The notes beneath the pieces were generated by a model. The model ran no database searches. It saw only the letters and a list, made by a program, of their open reading frames with translations, and was not told the DNA's origin. Source: Mobula hypostoma (Eukaryota). From it: a stretch of DNA of 64,000 bases. Location: the NCBI RefSeq assembly GCF_963921235.1, contig NC_086097.1, positions 88,352,001 to 88,416,000 on the forward strand, written 5' to 3'. Shown here one piece after another: positions 25,458-37,837 of the stretch. Both the position numbers and the translations under genes were made by a program. Position 1 is the first letter of the stretch. Each line of letters begins with the position of its first letter.

Positions 25458-28180
25458 TGGATCCGGTGAATTTCTTCGATGAGTGATGGATCCAAGGTTA
25501 AGTTGGATGATACCCAAGACCTCTCCTCTGGGGCATACTCTTCCCACTCAAGAAGGTACTGCACACCCCATCCTCAGCAATATGAATCCAACTGGTGAAC
25601 CATGTACACTGGACCACCTTCCACCATCCTTGGTTCTGACAGTGCAGACACAGGTGGGTCCATGGACAACAAGCTTGATGCAGGACATGTGGAAGGTAGA
25701 TGTGATCCTGAGGGACAGTGGCAGCTGGACATGGTAAGTGACTGGGTTGATGTGATGGGCAAACTTAAAGGGACCAAGAAACGGGGGCAAGAGCTTGTGG
25801 GAATCGGTGCACAGAGGCAAGTCTTGAGTGAACAGCCACTGTCCACAGGCCAGAGTAGTCTGACCGGATACCAGTGATGGATAGCCTGGCATCAGTGGGC
25901 ACAGTTGGTGGCTAAGATAGCCCTCTATGCTGTCTTTCAAGCATGCAGACATTGTCAAACCAAGGTCCTGGCAGATGGGACCTCCACCGTTCTCTCCTCT
26001 ACGGAGAACAACTCCATAGCCATGAAGAACTGTAAAGGGTGGCACATCTATGGCAGAGGACGTGTATAGGTTGTGAGTGAGTTCAGCCCAGCGAAGTTAC
26101 TTTTACGTAGAAGGGTTAGTGATGAAGCAGTGGAGAAAATTCTCCACTTGATGACTGGTTCTCCTGACTGTTATTGGTCTGTGGATGATAGCCAGAAGAC
26201 AAACTCGCTGAGGTGCAAGGAGGGAGCAAAAGGTTTCAAAAGGTACATTTAATTCAGAAATGTATACAATGTACATTCTGAAATTCCTTTTCGCAAACAG
26301 AGGAATGCCCCAAAGAATGAATGACAGTTAAATGTCAGTGATCATGGTGGGCTACCAGAACTAGCATTGCAGAAAATCCAGGATCTGTTGTGTGCCTGGA
26401 TGGCCGAGGAATAGGCCCATTGGAGTGCTTCAGGGGGCACGGCCACCTGCACATACATGCCGTTGTCAGGCATGTTGGCCGGAGCAGGCTTGTGCAGCAG
26501 GGCCTGGCAGATCTGGTTCTCAAAGTCCCAAATAATCGAGGTGAAGATCTTAGAGGATGTAATGATGGGCTAAGGGTCATTTTTTATTTCAGCTGCAGCA
26601 AACTCTTGTGAAAGAGCATTTGCCTTATTGTTCTTGGAGCCGGGCCAGTAGAAAATGGTGAAGTTGAATGGCTTGAGAAAGAGGGCCCAGTGAGCCTGCC
26701 ATGGGTTGAGGTGGTGGTTCTGTTGAATGGATGTGGTTCTGATGATCAGTCCAGATCAAGAAGGGTTCAGGTCCCAGGAGGGGAGAGGGCGAACAGATGA
26801 CCTCGGGGAGGGGCAGTTCCTAGGAGATGGTCAATCACACAGTCATGTGGTCTATGAGGTGGTAGGGTACTGATCTGCCTTTTACTGAAGATGATGGCTG
26901 GGTCATGGTATCTCTGTGGGAGTTTGATGAGGTTGAGAGGTTCCTCCCTCTCCACAGATTTGTGGGGTGAAGTCAGCTGAAGTTGCAGGCAGGTGGGTCC
27001 CCATCTCAGCAGTGAACCCGGATGACCATGCAAAGTGAGAGTTGTGAGAGGTAACCCAAGTATAGGGAGAGTCAATCAGGAGGAATTGGATGAACTCACG
27101 ATGAGACCAGATGCTCGTACACAGCCCATGTGTGCACTCTGATCATCCCAGGTCCCAAACGACATCTGTCAATGGCCGTGATACAGAAGGGGTGAGGGAT
27201 AGGCTTGGTAGGGAGTCCAAGCTGCAAACCCAGAATCTGGTCCAGAAAGTTGCCTGCTGAGCCAGAATCCATGAGAGCGTCCCGTGTGCATAGGGCCATC
27301 AGGGCATGGTGGAGGACAGAGAGAGTGAGTAGAGTTGTGGTGCCTGAACTGGAGGCCAGGGGAGCTTAGCAAATAGATCAGCACCTCCACAGTAAGTGCA
27401 CACGTTGTTTCTCCACAGACACTCGTGCTCTTCTGGGAGCTGTCCTGAACTGCCTGGATTCTGGAGGGATTGATGATGAGGGTAGGGTTCTGCTGCCTGA
27501 AATGGTTCTGGGAATGGAACAGATGTGCTGGCTGATGATGTGGAGGGTTGGTCCATTAAAATGCTTGTCAAAATGATGAGGCTTTTGAAGTTGTTGGGCA
27601 TCGCTCAGGTAGACAGTTCGTCTTTGAAGCGCTTTGAGAGGCTGTGATAGTAACTGATAAGCAGCGTTGCTGCACTCTGCCGCGAGTCTCCTCAGCTCCA
27701 TGGTGTAATCCAGTACTGACAGTGAGCTTTGACACATCCCAAGTATCTGATTTGCTGCCTCCCATCCGCTCCTTGGATGGTCGAAAACCAGGTACATCTC
27801 AGCGGTAAAATCTTTGTATTTATTGCAACGAGTGGTTTTGTGTCAGTTAGTGGTGGCCAAGATCAGAGCTCGCCATTGAGAGAGAAATGGCAGGCAGAGG
27901 CAATGTTGGTTTGGTCCGTAACATACAGAAATGGCTGGAGCTGGAAGTGTAAGGTGAAGTATCAGGTTGGAGATCCATCAAAGATTTAGCACCGGAATCT
28001 GGGGCTCCAACGTAGGAGGTTAACTGGTGTGGGGTTGATGTATGGAGATGGAGAGTTTGTTGAGAATGACAAGCAGATGGTCAGTGGCTTCTAGCTGCTT
28101 CAGCATCATGTGCTCCTATCGACAGGCAACTTCCTTTAGGTGAGTGTACTCTGCTCAGTTCATTACTGGTTTGTTTAGCC

Positions 28181-28435
28181 TGTCAGGAAATGTAGTGGAG
28201 TCTTGACTGAAAAGCAGAGCAGTAAAGATGATATTTTACCAATAAACTGCAAAATAATAAGCCACAAAATAACATAGAACAGATACTAGGAACAACTGGT
28301 TGGTTCACATGAGTAAACGAGGACTGTGGATGAGTGCTGGGTTTAAATGGGTTGCAGGTGATTTGGAAACAAGTGGCAGGTGACTCCTGTTGACTGGGTG
28401 GAGACTAGGAAGTGCCTGTTTATGCAGGCCTGGCA
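28181..28435 (-). repeat. 5' LTR
   Basis: TGTCAGG...CCTGGCA near-inverted termini; aligns with 25192-25457. Confidence 0.8.
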
Positions 28436-29967
28436 AGTGCATGATATACTGTGTCATTTTGGTTGATATATTTGTGGAGCTTTATCTTTAGTTGTATTTG
28501 GGAATGTTAATTTTTCATTCTGCATTCTAATACACATCATGTTTCCTGAATACAATTTATATTTGTATTAATGGGATACATAATATAAATGGGATATCCC
28601 CGACAGGGAAAGCATTTATTCTTGATCCTACGCTGCCCTTTAGATGGATTGGAACTTAAACAAAGAAAATCCATCTTAATGGTAAATTTGAAGCATGAAA
28701 CTGATGCGTGAAAGAGAAGAGAGCTCCTAATTACTGTATTGCTTTGAACAATCTCAGTTTATGCAATTCCACAGGGTCTGATTGTAAACTAGAAGTAATT
28801 GCTAGGTGCTGATTTAGTAGATGCAATGCGGTTGAACCAGAGACATTTTGTTGGATGGTATTCATTCCTTTGAGAAAGCATCTGTTACCAATTTTTCTGG
28901 GAAGTCAGCAAAGCTGGGTTTAAAAATAGAACTATAGCATATATGCAAGATGTGTATATAGGATTATTTTCTTTTTATGAAAATGTATATCCCTTTGGAT
29001 ACTGCTGGGGGGGGGGCACAGTCTGTAGGTGACCTATCAGGCCACGGCAGCAGCAGCCAGGGCACAGGCAGCGTGGCTGGTTGAGCCTGAGATTCAGCAG
29101 GGAAGGGTATAGTGAGGCAGAGTGTTAGTGATAGGAGACTCAATAGTTGGGGGGGAAGAGAGGTCATTCTGTGGTGCGAAAGAGGCACCAGTATGATATG
29201 TTACCTCCCAGGTGCTGGGGTCCAGGATGTCTCAGAGTGGCTGTGGAAGATTGTCAAGATGGAGGGTGAATCCTCAGTTACAGGAAAGATACCAGAGGAT
29301 TGGAGAATAGCCAAAGTTGTTCTGCTCTTTAAGAAAGGCTCCAAAAAATAAACTCGGAAATTATAGGCTGGTGAGCCTGACATCAACAGTAGGAAAGTTA
29401 TTGGAAGGTATTCTAAAGGACTGGCTATATGAGTATTTGGACAGACACTTATTGATTAAGGATAAATCAGCATGGCTTCAAGTGGGGTTGGTCAAATCTA
29501 ACATATCTTAAGAGTTTTTTGAGGAAGTTACCAGGAAAGTCGATAAAAGCAAGGCAGTGGATTACACATCGGCTTTGTGGGGGAAGCCAGAGAGTGGCAG
29601 TAGATGGTTGGCTCTCTGACTGGTGGCCTGTGACTGGTGGAATGCTCTGGGGATTGGTGCTGGGTCCATTGTTGTTTGTCATCTATATTAATTACCTGGA
29701 TGTTAATGTGGTTAACTGGAAATTGGAAAACAGCATTGGACAGCGAGGAAGGCTATCATGGCTTGCAGCAGAGTTTGGACCAGCTAGAAAAATGGACTGA
29801 AAAAATGGCAGACAGACTGTAATGCAGACAAGTATGAAGTGTTGTACTTCAGTAGGACCTATCAGGGTAGGTCTTGCACAGTGAACTGTAGAGCATTGAG
29901 GAGTGTAGTAGAACACAGGGATCTGGGAATGTAGGTCCATAGTTAATTAAAAGTGGCATCACAGGTA

Positions 29968-30706
29968 AACAAGAGGAAATCTGCAGATGCTGGAATTTCA
30001 AGCAACACACATAAAAGTTGCTGGTGAACACAGCAGGCCAGGCAGCATCTCTAGGAAGAGGTACAGTCGATGTTTCGGGCCGAGACCCTTCGTCAGGACT
30101 AACTGAAAGAAGAGCTAGTAAGAGATTTGAAAGTGGGAGGGGGAGGGATGGAGCCAAGAGCTGGACAGTTGATTGGCAAAAGGGATATGAGAGGATCATG
30201 GGACAGGAGGCCTAGGGAGAAAGAAAAGGGGGAGGGGGGGAAAAAGCCCAGAGGATGGGCAAGGGGTATAGTGAGAGGGACAGAGAGAGAAAAAAGAGAG
30301 AGAGAAAAAGAATGTGTGTATATAAATCAATAACGGATGGGGTACGAGGGGGAGGTGGGGCATTAGTGGAAGTTTGAGAAGTCAATGTTCATGCCATCAG
30401 GTTGGAGGCTACCCAGACGGAATATAAGGTGTTGTTCCTCCAACCTGAGTGTGGCTTCATCTTTACAGTAGAGGAGGCCGTGGATAGACATATCAGAATG
30501 GGAATGGGACGTGGAATTAAAATATGTGGCCACTGGGAGATCCTGCTTTCTCTGGCGGACAGAGCATAGGTGTTCCGCGAAACGATCTCCCAGTCTGCGT
30601 CAGGTCTCGCCAATATATAGAAGGCCACTTTGGGAGCACCGGATGCAGTCTATCACCCCAGCTGACTCACGGGTGAAGTGTCGCCTCACCTGGAAGGACT
30701 GTCTGG
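29968..30706 (-). mobile_element. Penelope-like element 3' fragment with GIY-YIG endonuclease, nested in CR1
   Basis: Minus strand reads ...HFTRESAGVIDCIRCSQSGLLYIGET*RRLGDRFAEHL... (GIY-YIG). GGTA at 29964-29967 and 30707-30710; CR1 resumes after it. Confidence 0.9.
30064..30101 (-). ncRNA. Hammerhead ribozyme variant (AUC triplet)
   Basis: Minus strand UAGUC CUGACGA AGGGUCUCGGCCC GAAA CAUC GACUG. Confidence 0.65.
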
Positions 30707-30959
30707 GGTAGATTGGGTCGTAAAAAAAGCTTTTGGCATTTTGGCCTTCATAATCAAAGTATTGAGTACTAAATTTGGGATATTATGTTGAAGTTGTATA
30801 AGATATTGGTGAGGCCTAATTTGGAGTATTATGTGCTGTTTTGGCCATCTACCTACAGAAAAGATGGAAGTAAGGTTGAAAGAGTACAGGGAATATTTAC
30901 AAGAAAATTGCCGAGTGTGGAGGAACTGAGTAATAAGGAACGATTGATTAAGTTAGCCC

Positions 30960-31378
30960 TATGAGAATAGGTTGAGTGAACTCAGCCTTTTCTCCTTGGA
31001 GCGATGGAGGATAAGAGGTGACCTGATAGAGGTGTAAAAGATGAGAGGCGTTCATCGTGTGGATAGCCAGAGGCTTTTTCCCAGGGCTGAAATGACGAAC
31101 ACGAGAGGGCACAGTTTTAAGGTGCTTGGAAGTAGGTACAGAGGAGATGTCAGCGGTAAGTTTGTTACGCAGAGGGTGGTGGGTGCGTGGAATGGGCTGC
31201 TAGCGAGGGTGGTGGAGGCGGATACGATAGGGTCTTTTGACGAACTCCTGGATAGGTACGTGGAGCTTAGAAAAATAGAGGGCTATGCATAACCCTAGGT
31301 AATTTCTAAAGTAAGTACATGTTTGGCACAGCATTGTGGGCCGAAGGGCCTTTATTGTGCTGTAGATTTTCTATGTTT
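30960..31378 (+). mobile_element. Younger CR1 3' fragment nested in CR1
   Basis: Highly similar to 3282-3693 and 57058-57470; has its own tail at ~31368-31378; host CR1 resumes after it. Confidence 0.88.
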
Positions 31379-33149
31379 TTATTCCTTGGAGTGTAGAAAA
31401 TTGAGAGAGGTTTGATAGAGGTATACAAAATTTAAGGCGTGTAGATAGGGTAAATGAAAGCAGGCTTTTTCCACTGAGGTTGGGTGAGCTGCAACCAGAG
31501 ACCATGGGTTAAGGGTGAAAGGTGAAATGTTGAAAGGGAACACAAGGGAAAAGTTCTTCACTCAGAGGGATGTGAGTGTGTGGAATGGACTGCCAGCACA
31601 AGTGGTGCATGCAAGCTAGATTTCAATGTTTAAGAAAAGTTTGGATAGGTACATGGATGGTAGGAATATGTAGAGCCCAGTGTAGGTCAATGGGAGTAGG
31701 CAGTTTAAATGGTTCAGCATGGATTCGATGGGCCAAAGGGCCTGTTTCTCTGTTGTACTTTTCTATGACTCTGAGTCCTCAGTGGTTGCTGATGAATGTA
31801 ATTTGCTGAGATTTTTCATTCCAAACCTGAGTGACTTTAAATTGGTGAAACATTATCAGCAAGTGATATTTCAATAGATTCACATTGAAAAGAGGCCTTA
31901 TTAACAAAACTAGATTTTCTTCTTCCTTGGTTGATCCTATTGCCAAATATATTTGCAGTTGCCAATAATTTAACAGCCATTCATTACCTCTTTCGTATGG
32001 AGGTATCAGCAAATTTACCGTGTTCCTGCAATTCATTTGATTGACTTTAATGAACTGAATTTCAGAGGCAGAATAACATTGTTGTGATTATATAATTTAT
32101 TATCACCAAATAGGTGGTGCCTATTTCCAGTTCTGCTAGTAACTGACAGATGAAAATCAACAATGCTAATCCATGGATGTTTTCAGCTAAACAAACAAGC
32201 ATGCAAAAGGGTGAATAAAGCAACAATGATGATCCAAAAGTTAATTATTCCTGTTTTACCCATTCAAAGCACATGGCAGGAATCCCATCTGACTGAGGAT
32301 AATTCTAGAATCTAATACAGTTGAGGGGAAACAAAACAGTAAAATGAACACAGTAAAATTAACTGCATGAAGAATATGAATCTTTCAAAGATTTTCCTGA
32401 GGCAGCATTGGTGCAATTGCTCCTTGGAGTGCCTGCTGTAGGTAGTGTGGTCTCGTAAGCACACACCATGATGAGCATCTGTGTTACCTGGGATGTCAGG
32501 AATCTGAGATCAAGACATTCAAATGGCCAAAGACTGCTGTTATGCCAGAAGTATATTGATGAATTCTGTCATTGACCCCCGACTTTTGGTGGGGGAGGTC
32601 TCCAAAATTATTGAAGGTGGTCGACATTTTCCAGAATCTCATTATGGATCTCCATTGTCAATCAGCATGCTGTGTCGTGTAATAGAGCTAAGATCAGAGA
32701 GGGTCTCTATCATTTCAACATTAAGTGCAAATCTCCTTTGTTTGTCCTGTATGTTTCAATGAATGAGTTAACAATGACTTGGAGCTTAGTCAGCATTTGT
32801 GCACTTCAGTTTGATGACCAAGATTGAAGTAATTTGATTTTGGAGTAGAGGCAGTAATGCATGAACTGTTTCCCATTCATCCTGTGGGAAGCAGCATTAG
32901 GGTGCTGAAAAACATTATTGTGGTGAAGAAGATTAAGAAGAGGATTGGAACAACAAACACATTAGACCCCAATCAGCAATGGGATTGTATCGATTGTGGT
33001 AAGGAGAATGGAGATAAATTTCTGTAGGCCCCCAAATTTGAGGTTAATTTTTTTTGTGTCTCAGTTGGCAAAACCAACTGCTCTAGTGAGGTTGAATCTA
33101 ATCAGTGTTTATAGTGTAGAATGATAGTTGATGTTCCTTGTGATTTTCT

Positions 33150-33470
33150 TTGAATTGTCATGTGGTGAAGATTATATTTTAGACCCCCGCAAACTATTTA
33201 CCCCTTGCTTTTTGCCGTTGAGGCAGTTTTGGGATCAGCATTCCATTTTTCCTTGGACTATTTGCTCCTACTTTTCTAACCAGACTGCCATATCTAAAGC
33301 CTTGTTAATTATCCATGGAGATGAAATTAAATATTGCAGCATGCTGCGCTCATCGACTCTCACAGTAGCCTCCTCAAAACATTTAATCAACTTGGTCAGA
33401 CGTGACCTTCCTTCAACAAATTCAAACAATTCCAAACCGAAATTTGTAATGACTCTCTTCACAGAGGTGT
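33150..33470 (-). mobile_element. Degenerate CR1 RT fragment
   Basis: FVEGRSRLTKLIKCFEEATVRVDE resembles FVKGRSCLTNLIEFFEDVT. Confidence 0.65.
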
Positions 33471-34839
33471 GAGAGCTATGCTGTGAATTAGTCCCTATCT
33501 TGCTTTCACTAAATTAGCACCATTAATTACTTCCAGCTCATAGTGAAAATCTGTAGAACTGTGTGAACTTGGTATTGCTAAATAATTAGTAGGTGTGCCT
33601 CGAATAAAGCTGCTGTCACTGTTATTTCATTTTTGTATAATGAAGGCTTTGCATTTCTTGCAAGGTATATTTCCTTTAATATTTTAAAAGTTTTTCTGCT
33701 TTAATGTAGAAGAGAAAGGAAGCACAGTTTCATGTCTTTTATCTCTACTCTGCTTAATCTTGTCAATTCCCCTTTACCTCTGAACACCTGGGATAAAATA
33801 TGTTAGCCTCAAGAAAAATAGTTTTTCTATATTTTGTATCCACCAAGGAAACTCTCAATTAGATGCATCAATCAGGAATGCTTGATCATTACATAGTAAT
33901 AATTTTCAAATTACTACCTCATTAATTGTGATATTCTAACCATTGTTTCATTAAAATCACACTCCTGCCGCTCTGTGATGAAGGAAGGTTTCAGATTTTT
34001 AATTCTTCCCCATTCCATGTTATTGACTGCATTACAAGTAGAAGCCTTTCACAGGCTGATGATCGACTGCCAATACTTTATGGGTGATTGTGGAAGAAAA
34101 TTCTGAATAAAGGGTTAAAATATCTGAGTTGCTAATGCCCTGCACCGTCCATTAATTAACAAATCATATATCTAGTGCTAGTTCTAGTGCATAACACAGC
34201 TGCATAAACAAGATAAAGACAGTGAAGGTCATAAATTGTGGGGAGGACCCTGTGGGTTGTCAAGTCTCTGACCATTAAGGGGTGTCTTTGTTTTCCTTCA
34301 CATATCAGGTACTAACATGTAAAGCAAATTATACCTCTGTACTTTAATGAACTTACAGGTTTTAAGGGTTTAATGAACCTTCTATAATATCATAAATGAA
34401 GATTTACCATTCGGTCTTGGGTTCTCAGCATGCTTGCAATAATTTACCTTGGATTCAAGGATGAATAATAACTTATCTCTGTGAGTTGTGGACAAACTGT
34501 GGGATAGGCTGTCTCTGACATTGTAGGATGTGATAAGTCACACAGGACTGAACTTTTTTAACTTTGGCTGATGTAATCGACTTTCTGTATTCATGTATAA
34601 GACAGGCTATGGCTGTTACTTTTTGGAAGATCTTGTGATCGCACTGTTAGTGAGCCACTCTTCCTTTGTTTATAAATAAAGGTATTCTCTAGTCACTTTA
34701 AAGTCCACGTTCAATTTATTTGTGACCAATTTTAATTCAATTTCCTTTGTAAATTAATTTCCCTAAAAGTGATTTTAATCTTACTTCATGTTTTCATCAT
34801 GGCTGGCAGCCTTCTCCACCTGCCTTACTGTAATGATGC

Positions 34840-35170
34840 AATGGGGCTGCCACAGTAGTAGTACTAGTAAAGTGGCTGCCAGAGACCCAAGTTCAATCCT
34901 GACTGCAGGTGCTGTCAGAGAGGACCCTGTGTGTTCTCCCTGAGACCACATGGGCTTCCTCTGGGTGCTCCAGATTCTGAAGACATGTAGGTTAATTGGC
35001 CACAGAAAATTATCCCCAGTGCATCAGTGAGTGCTGGAATCTGGGAAGAGTTGATGGGAATATGGAAGAATAAAAAATGGGATTAATGAAGAGCATTAGT
35101 AAGTAGCTGATTGTCAGTGTGGAGTCACTGAACCAAAAAGTTTGCTTCTATACTAAACTTCTCCATGACT
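34840..35170 (+). mobile_element. V-SINE (HE1-like), degenerate
   Basis: gttcaatcctgact B-box-like and catgggcttcctctgggtgctcc V-domain. Confidence 0.7.
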
Positions 35171-36029
35171 CCACAGTCACTAACCCAGCCCAATCCTGCT
35201 TATGTGGTGTCCTTTCACAGCATTCTCTCGCTTTCTCCAGTACTATTATCTTAAACTTCTCCTATTATCCTCACCTCTCATTCCATTCTTCTGTCCCCAT
35301 TCCTCTTCCAGTCCCCTTTCCCCCTTCATCCGCGGACCTTCTCTTTTTTGGCCCCATCTCTATCTTGCATTCTTTAATCTTCTTCCAAGTGTGAAATTCA
35401 AATTAATTTTGACCCACAATATGCAGTTCCACCGCATAATCAGCCTTCTGAAAAGAACAGTAGCTTCCTTTGGATAGTATCCACAATGTGACTGCAAAAG
35501 TTGGATTACTAATTAATTAGTGGGAGTGTATTTCAAAGTTAATGAAAATTAGAGAATTTCAAGCTTGTCTAAAGCAATTTGTGGCACTAAACAGACAGCT
35601 GGAGGAGGTCATGGAGCCATTAAGAAGAGTGCAATCTCTTTGGATGCCAGGAAGATAAAATAATGGACTGAAGAACACAATCCTGTTTTAAAGTATTTCT
35701 AGGCATTACCCAGAATGGAGAAACTTATTTTTTTAATTTATTAATAGAATGTAGGTGTTACTTAGAAGATCAGAATTTCTTGTTGATCCTCAATTGCCCT
35801 GAAATTAATTTGGTGAGCTCCCAAGCGGAACCACTTGAGTCCTTCTGGTGAAGGCATTCTGACAGTTCTGTTGAGAAGGAAATAATAAACCTAGAAATTG
35901 CTCCTCTTTATTTTCTTAGCACATGAACATGATCATGGATCATCCTAAAACTGTTTGAGGGAGTTGCAAAATAAATCTTCACAGAGCTTCATTGTTAAAT
36001 TTCTCTCTGTACTGTTGAAATTAATAATA

Positions 36030-36600
36030 TGTGTCATGATTATCCTCAACACTGGTGCTTCAAAAGGCTATGTTCTCAGCCTGCTACTCTACTTCCTGTA
36101 TACTCACCTTTGCATGGCCAGATTCTGTTCTAATGCTATCCAGGATTTTGTAGTTGGACTGAAACTCAAGCAATGATCAGTCAGAGTGCAGGAAGAGGAT
36201 GGAATGCCTATTGGCATAGTGTCGTGATAATATTTCCCTTGATGTCAACAAAGCAAAAAAGCTGGTCATTGATTTCAGGAATGGGGACAGTGCATACACT
36301 CTTGTTTATATCTAGGATGCTGAGGTTCAAAGGATTGAAGGCTGCAAGTTCCTATGAGTGAACACCATCAGTAGCCTTTCCTGGTCCATTCACATAGATG
36401 CCATGGCAAAAAAAGTTCACCAGCACTGCTATTGCAGCAGGAGGCTAAAGAAATCTGTCATGTTCCCATAGACCTTCAACTCTTTTTATTGGACACCATA
36501 GAAACTACCCGATCATGATGCATCAGGCTTGGTATGGCATCTGCTCTGCCTTAAACTGCCAGGTAACGCACAGAGCTGTGTGATACTGCTCAGCACATCT
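36030..36600 (+). mobile_element. Rex1/Babar-like RT fragment
   Basis: ILNTGASKGYVLSLLLYFLYTH resembles the TGAPQGCVLSPLLYSLYT motif. Confidence 0.75.
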
Positions 36601-37248
36601 GTAGAGCGAAAGATTGCAGAGGGAGTTGGAAGCACTTTGTTGTGGAGTTTACGCACCAGTTTTAAAAAGCCAGTGGGGCCTGTCAAGACTTATCTGTAGA
36701 GTGGGAGATTGATTGGGGTGTTAGTAAAGCAAGTATTGGCAAGGGCCAATAAAAAGAAGTTAGATGTAAGCAGAGCAGCTATTGTTGGTGTGAGCCAGGT
36801 TTAGAGAAGGAGGCGTTGGCCTAACAGGCTTTGGCAAGAACAGGTGGAGGTTCTAAGTAAGTTTCAAGTAGTTTTACTTTATCCATTAGCATACAGCTAA
36901 TGTGTCGAGAATCAATCTAGTCTTAGTGATCTGTTCTTCATGTGAGATATGGGAACTCTGGGAGACCTCCAGTCTCCCTTATGACTACACCTGCATGACT
37001 TGCATTGAACTGCAGTTCCTTAGAGACTATGATAAGGAACTGGAGCAGTAGATCAATGGCTGAGGAGGCCAAGTTGTTGGTTATATTTAAAATGGTAGTT
37101 GATAGATTCTTAATTAGTCATGGTGTCAAAGGTTACAGCAAGAAGGTCAGAGAATGGGGTTAAGAGGGATAATAAATCAGCCATGATGGAATGGCGGAGC
37201 AGACTCAATGGCCCAAGAGGCCCAATTTTGCTCCTATGTCTATGTCTA
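36600..37248 (+). mobile_element. CR1 5' part (UTR plus ORF1 zinc finger) joined to a CR1 3' end
   Basis: CSSCEIWE...DYTCMTCIELQFL at ~36930-37025, then 3' tail region 37066-37248. Confidence 0.7.
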
Positions 37249-37837
37249 CAGTACAAAATCCTGAGGGCACGTACCATTGGACTTAAGGTCAGCTTCTCTT
37301 CCACTGTTACAAGGGTGCCCATGTACTATAATCTTACAATCTATCTCATTGTGGCCTTGCACCTTACTGGCTGTCTGCACTGCTCCTTCTCTGTTAATTA
37401 TGGCTCTCTATTGTACTATCTCAATGCACTGTCACAATTAAATGATCTGTATTGATGGTATGAAAAGTTTTTGACTGTATCTTCATACATGTGACATTAA
37501 TAAACTAATTTACTAGTTTGCCAGCAGGTAACACAGGGTATAATCAGAGTGGTCAACTCTACTTGCAGGGACATACTACACATAGAAGCCAGAACTGGAG
37601 AGTACTGAGTCTGAATGAATGAATTGTGTGATGGCTGCACGGGGATGGAAGATTGCTCTCAGACAGTCAGAGGGAGCTGACCTGCCTGGTGAATACCTGT
37701 GCTCACAGCAGGTTTGTTCCCCGTGCTTTGGGAACATCGAGACTCTCTAGAGCATGTGCTGGACGTATTTGGCAAGAAGTTGCCTGGAAGGTCTCTGTAA
37801 GTGAAGAGTGCAGTTGTAACGTCTGTAGTGGAAGCAA

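Larger units (their letters stand above)
25192..28435 (-). mobile_element. Ty3/Gypsy chromovirus (sushi-like) LTR retrotransposon, decayed, RT deleted
   Basis: Two similar LTRs. Minus-strand gag knuckle (CTYCGG), protease (ALMDSGSAGNF), RNase H end ([23 protein letters not shown]), integrase GPF/Y (KLLPPFLGPFK) and chromodomain ([17 protein letters not shown]). Confidence 0.9.
28975..31771 (+). mobile_element. Internally deleted CR1 LINE hosting two nested insertions
   Basis: ORF1 remnant 28975-29270, [30 protein letters not shown], tail ttctatgactct at ~31760-31771. Confidence 0.85.

Noticed and set aside
33975..34059. C/D box snoRNA (GTGATGA…CTGA); similar shorter case at ~32468-32507
   Set aside because: No terminal stem or recognisable rRNA guide, the second case is too short, and such motifs are expected by chance.
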